The position numbers were made by a program, and so were the translations under genes. The notes under the pieces are model-generated. The model was given only the letters and a program-made list of their open reading frames with translations. It did no database searches and was not told the DNA's origin. DNA of 64,000 nt from Mobula hypostoma (Eukaryota). The DNA is taken from positions 21,080,001 to 21,144,000 of the forward strand of contig NC_086108.1 in assembly GCF_963921235.1 (NCBI RefSeq). Reading direction: 5' to 3'. Shown one piece after another: positions 63,523 to 64,000 of this stretch; the stretch's first letter is position 1; every line of letters starts with the position of its first letter.

Positions 63523-63689
63523 CTACTTTGATGTCAAGGAAAGATCATCTGATGATCATTCTCATTCCTTTCTGATTATGATCATTCCAGATGTGCATGG
63601 GCTCCTAAAGTGCCACTATCACTCCTAGAGGCAACAAGTAAACAAAAATCGAGTATAATGATATATTCTGATGGTCCAGTGTTAAACAA

Positions 63690-64000
63690 AGAGGTGAAGA
63701 AGGTGTATATCATACTTGCCTTGATAAGTCAGGGTTCTGAGTATAAAGTTGGGAAGTAATATTGCACTGTATAAAAATTTAGTTCAATTACATTTGAGGA
63801 AAGGACGTGAAGGCTTTGGAGAGGGTGCAGAAGAAGTTCGCCAGAATGTTGCATCAATTGGAGTGTATCAGCTACAATGAGAGGTTGGATACATTTAGGT
63901 TGTTTAATCTAGAGCTTTGCAAACTGAGGGGCAATTGACGGAAACATCAGATTGATACTTCCAGGTATAATTTTAGTTAGATAGCTTCTGAGGTCAAGAG
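63690..64000 (+). mobile_element. Old CR1 3' remnant
   Basis: ttggagagggtgcagaagaagttcgccagaatg is similar to the other CR1 copies. Confidence 0.6.

Overview
Vertebrate genomic DNA whose repeat content (CR1 with ATAGAAAC-type tails, Rex1/Babar LINEs, Penelope-like elements, V-SINEs) looks like a cartilaginous fish, probably a ray or shark; this host call is an inference. Most of the window is nested, mostly decayed transposable elements. I could not identify any intact host protein-coding exon. The only clear host-gene signal is a CpG island at ~4.5-5.4 kb, probably the promoter and first exon of a minus-strand gene. Main features: (1) the 3' end of a Sleeping Beauty-like Tc1 transposon; (2) many Penelope terminal-repeat copies with minimal hammerhead-ribozyme motifs, some as TSD-flanked fold-back mini-elements, one with two tandem hammerheads; (3) a two-LTR Gmr1-type retrotransposon (SCAN-like gag, integrase before RT) hit by a young CR1; (4) a conventional Gypsy element; (5) two long solo LTRs of one family carrying different minisatellites, one a near-perfect 37-bp x ~32 array; (6) an octamer-motif cluster and an old palindrome in non-repetitive sequence. 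Boundaries of decayed elements are approximate, and all family assignments are from recall rather than database searches.
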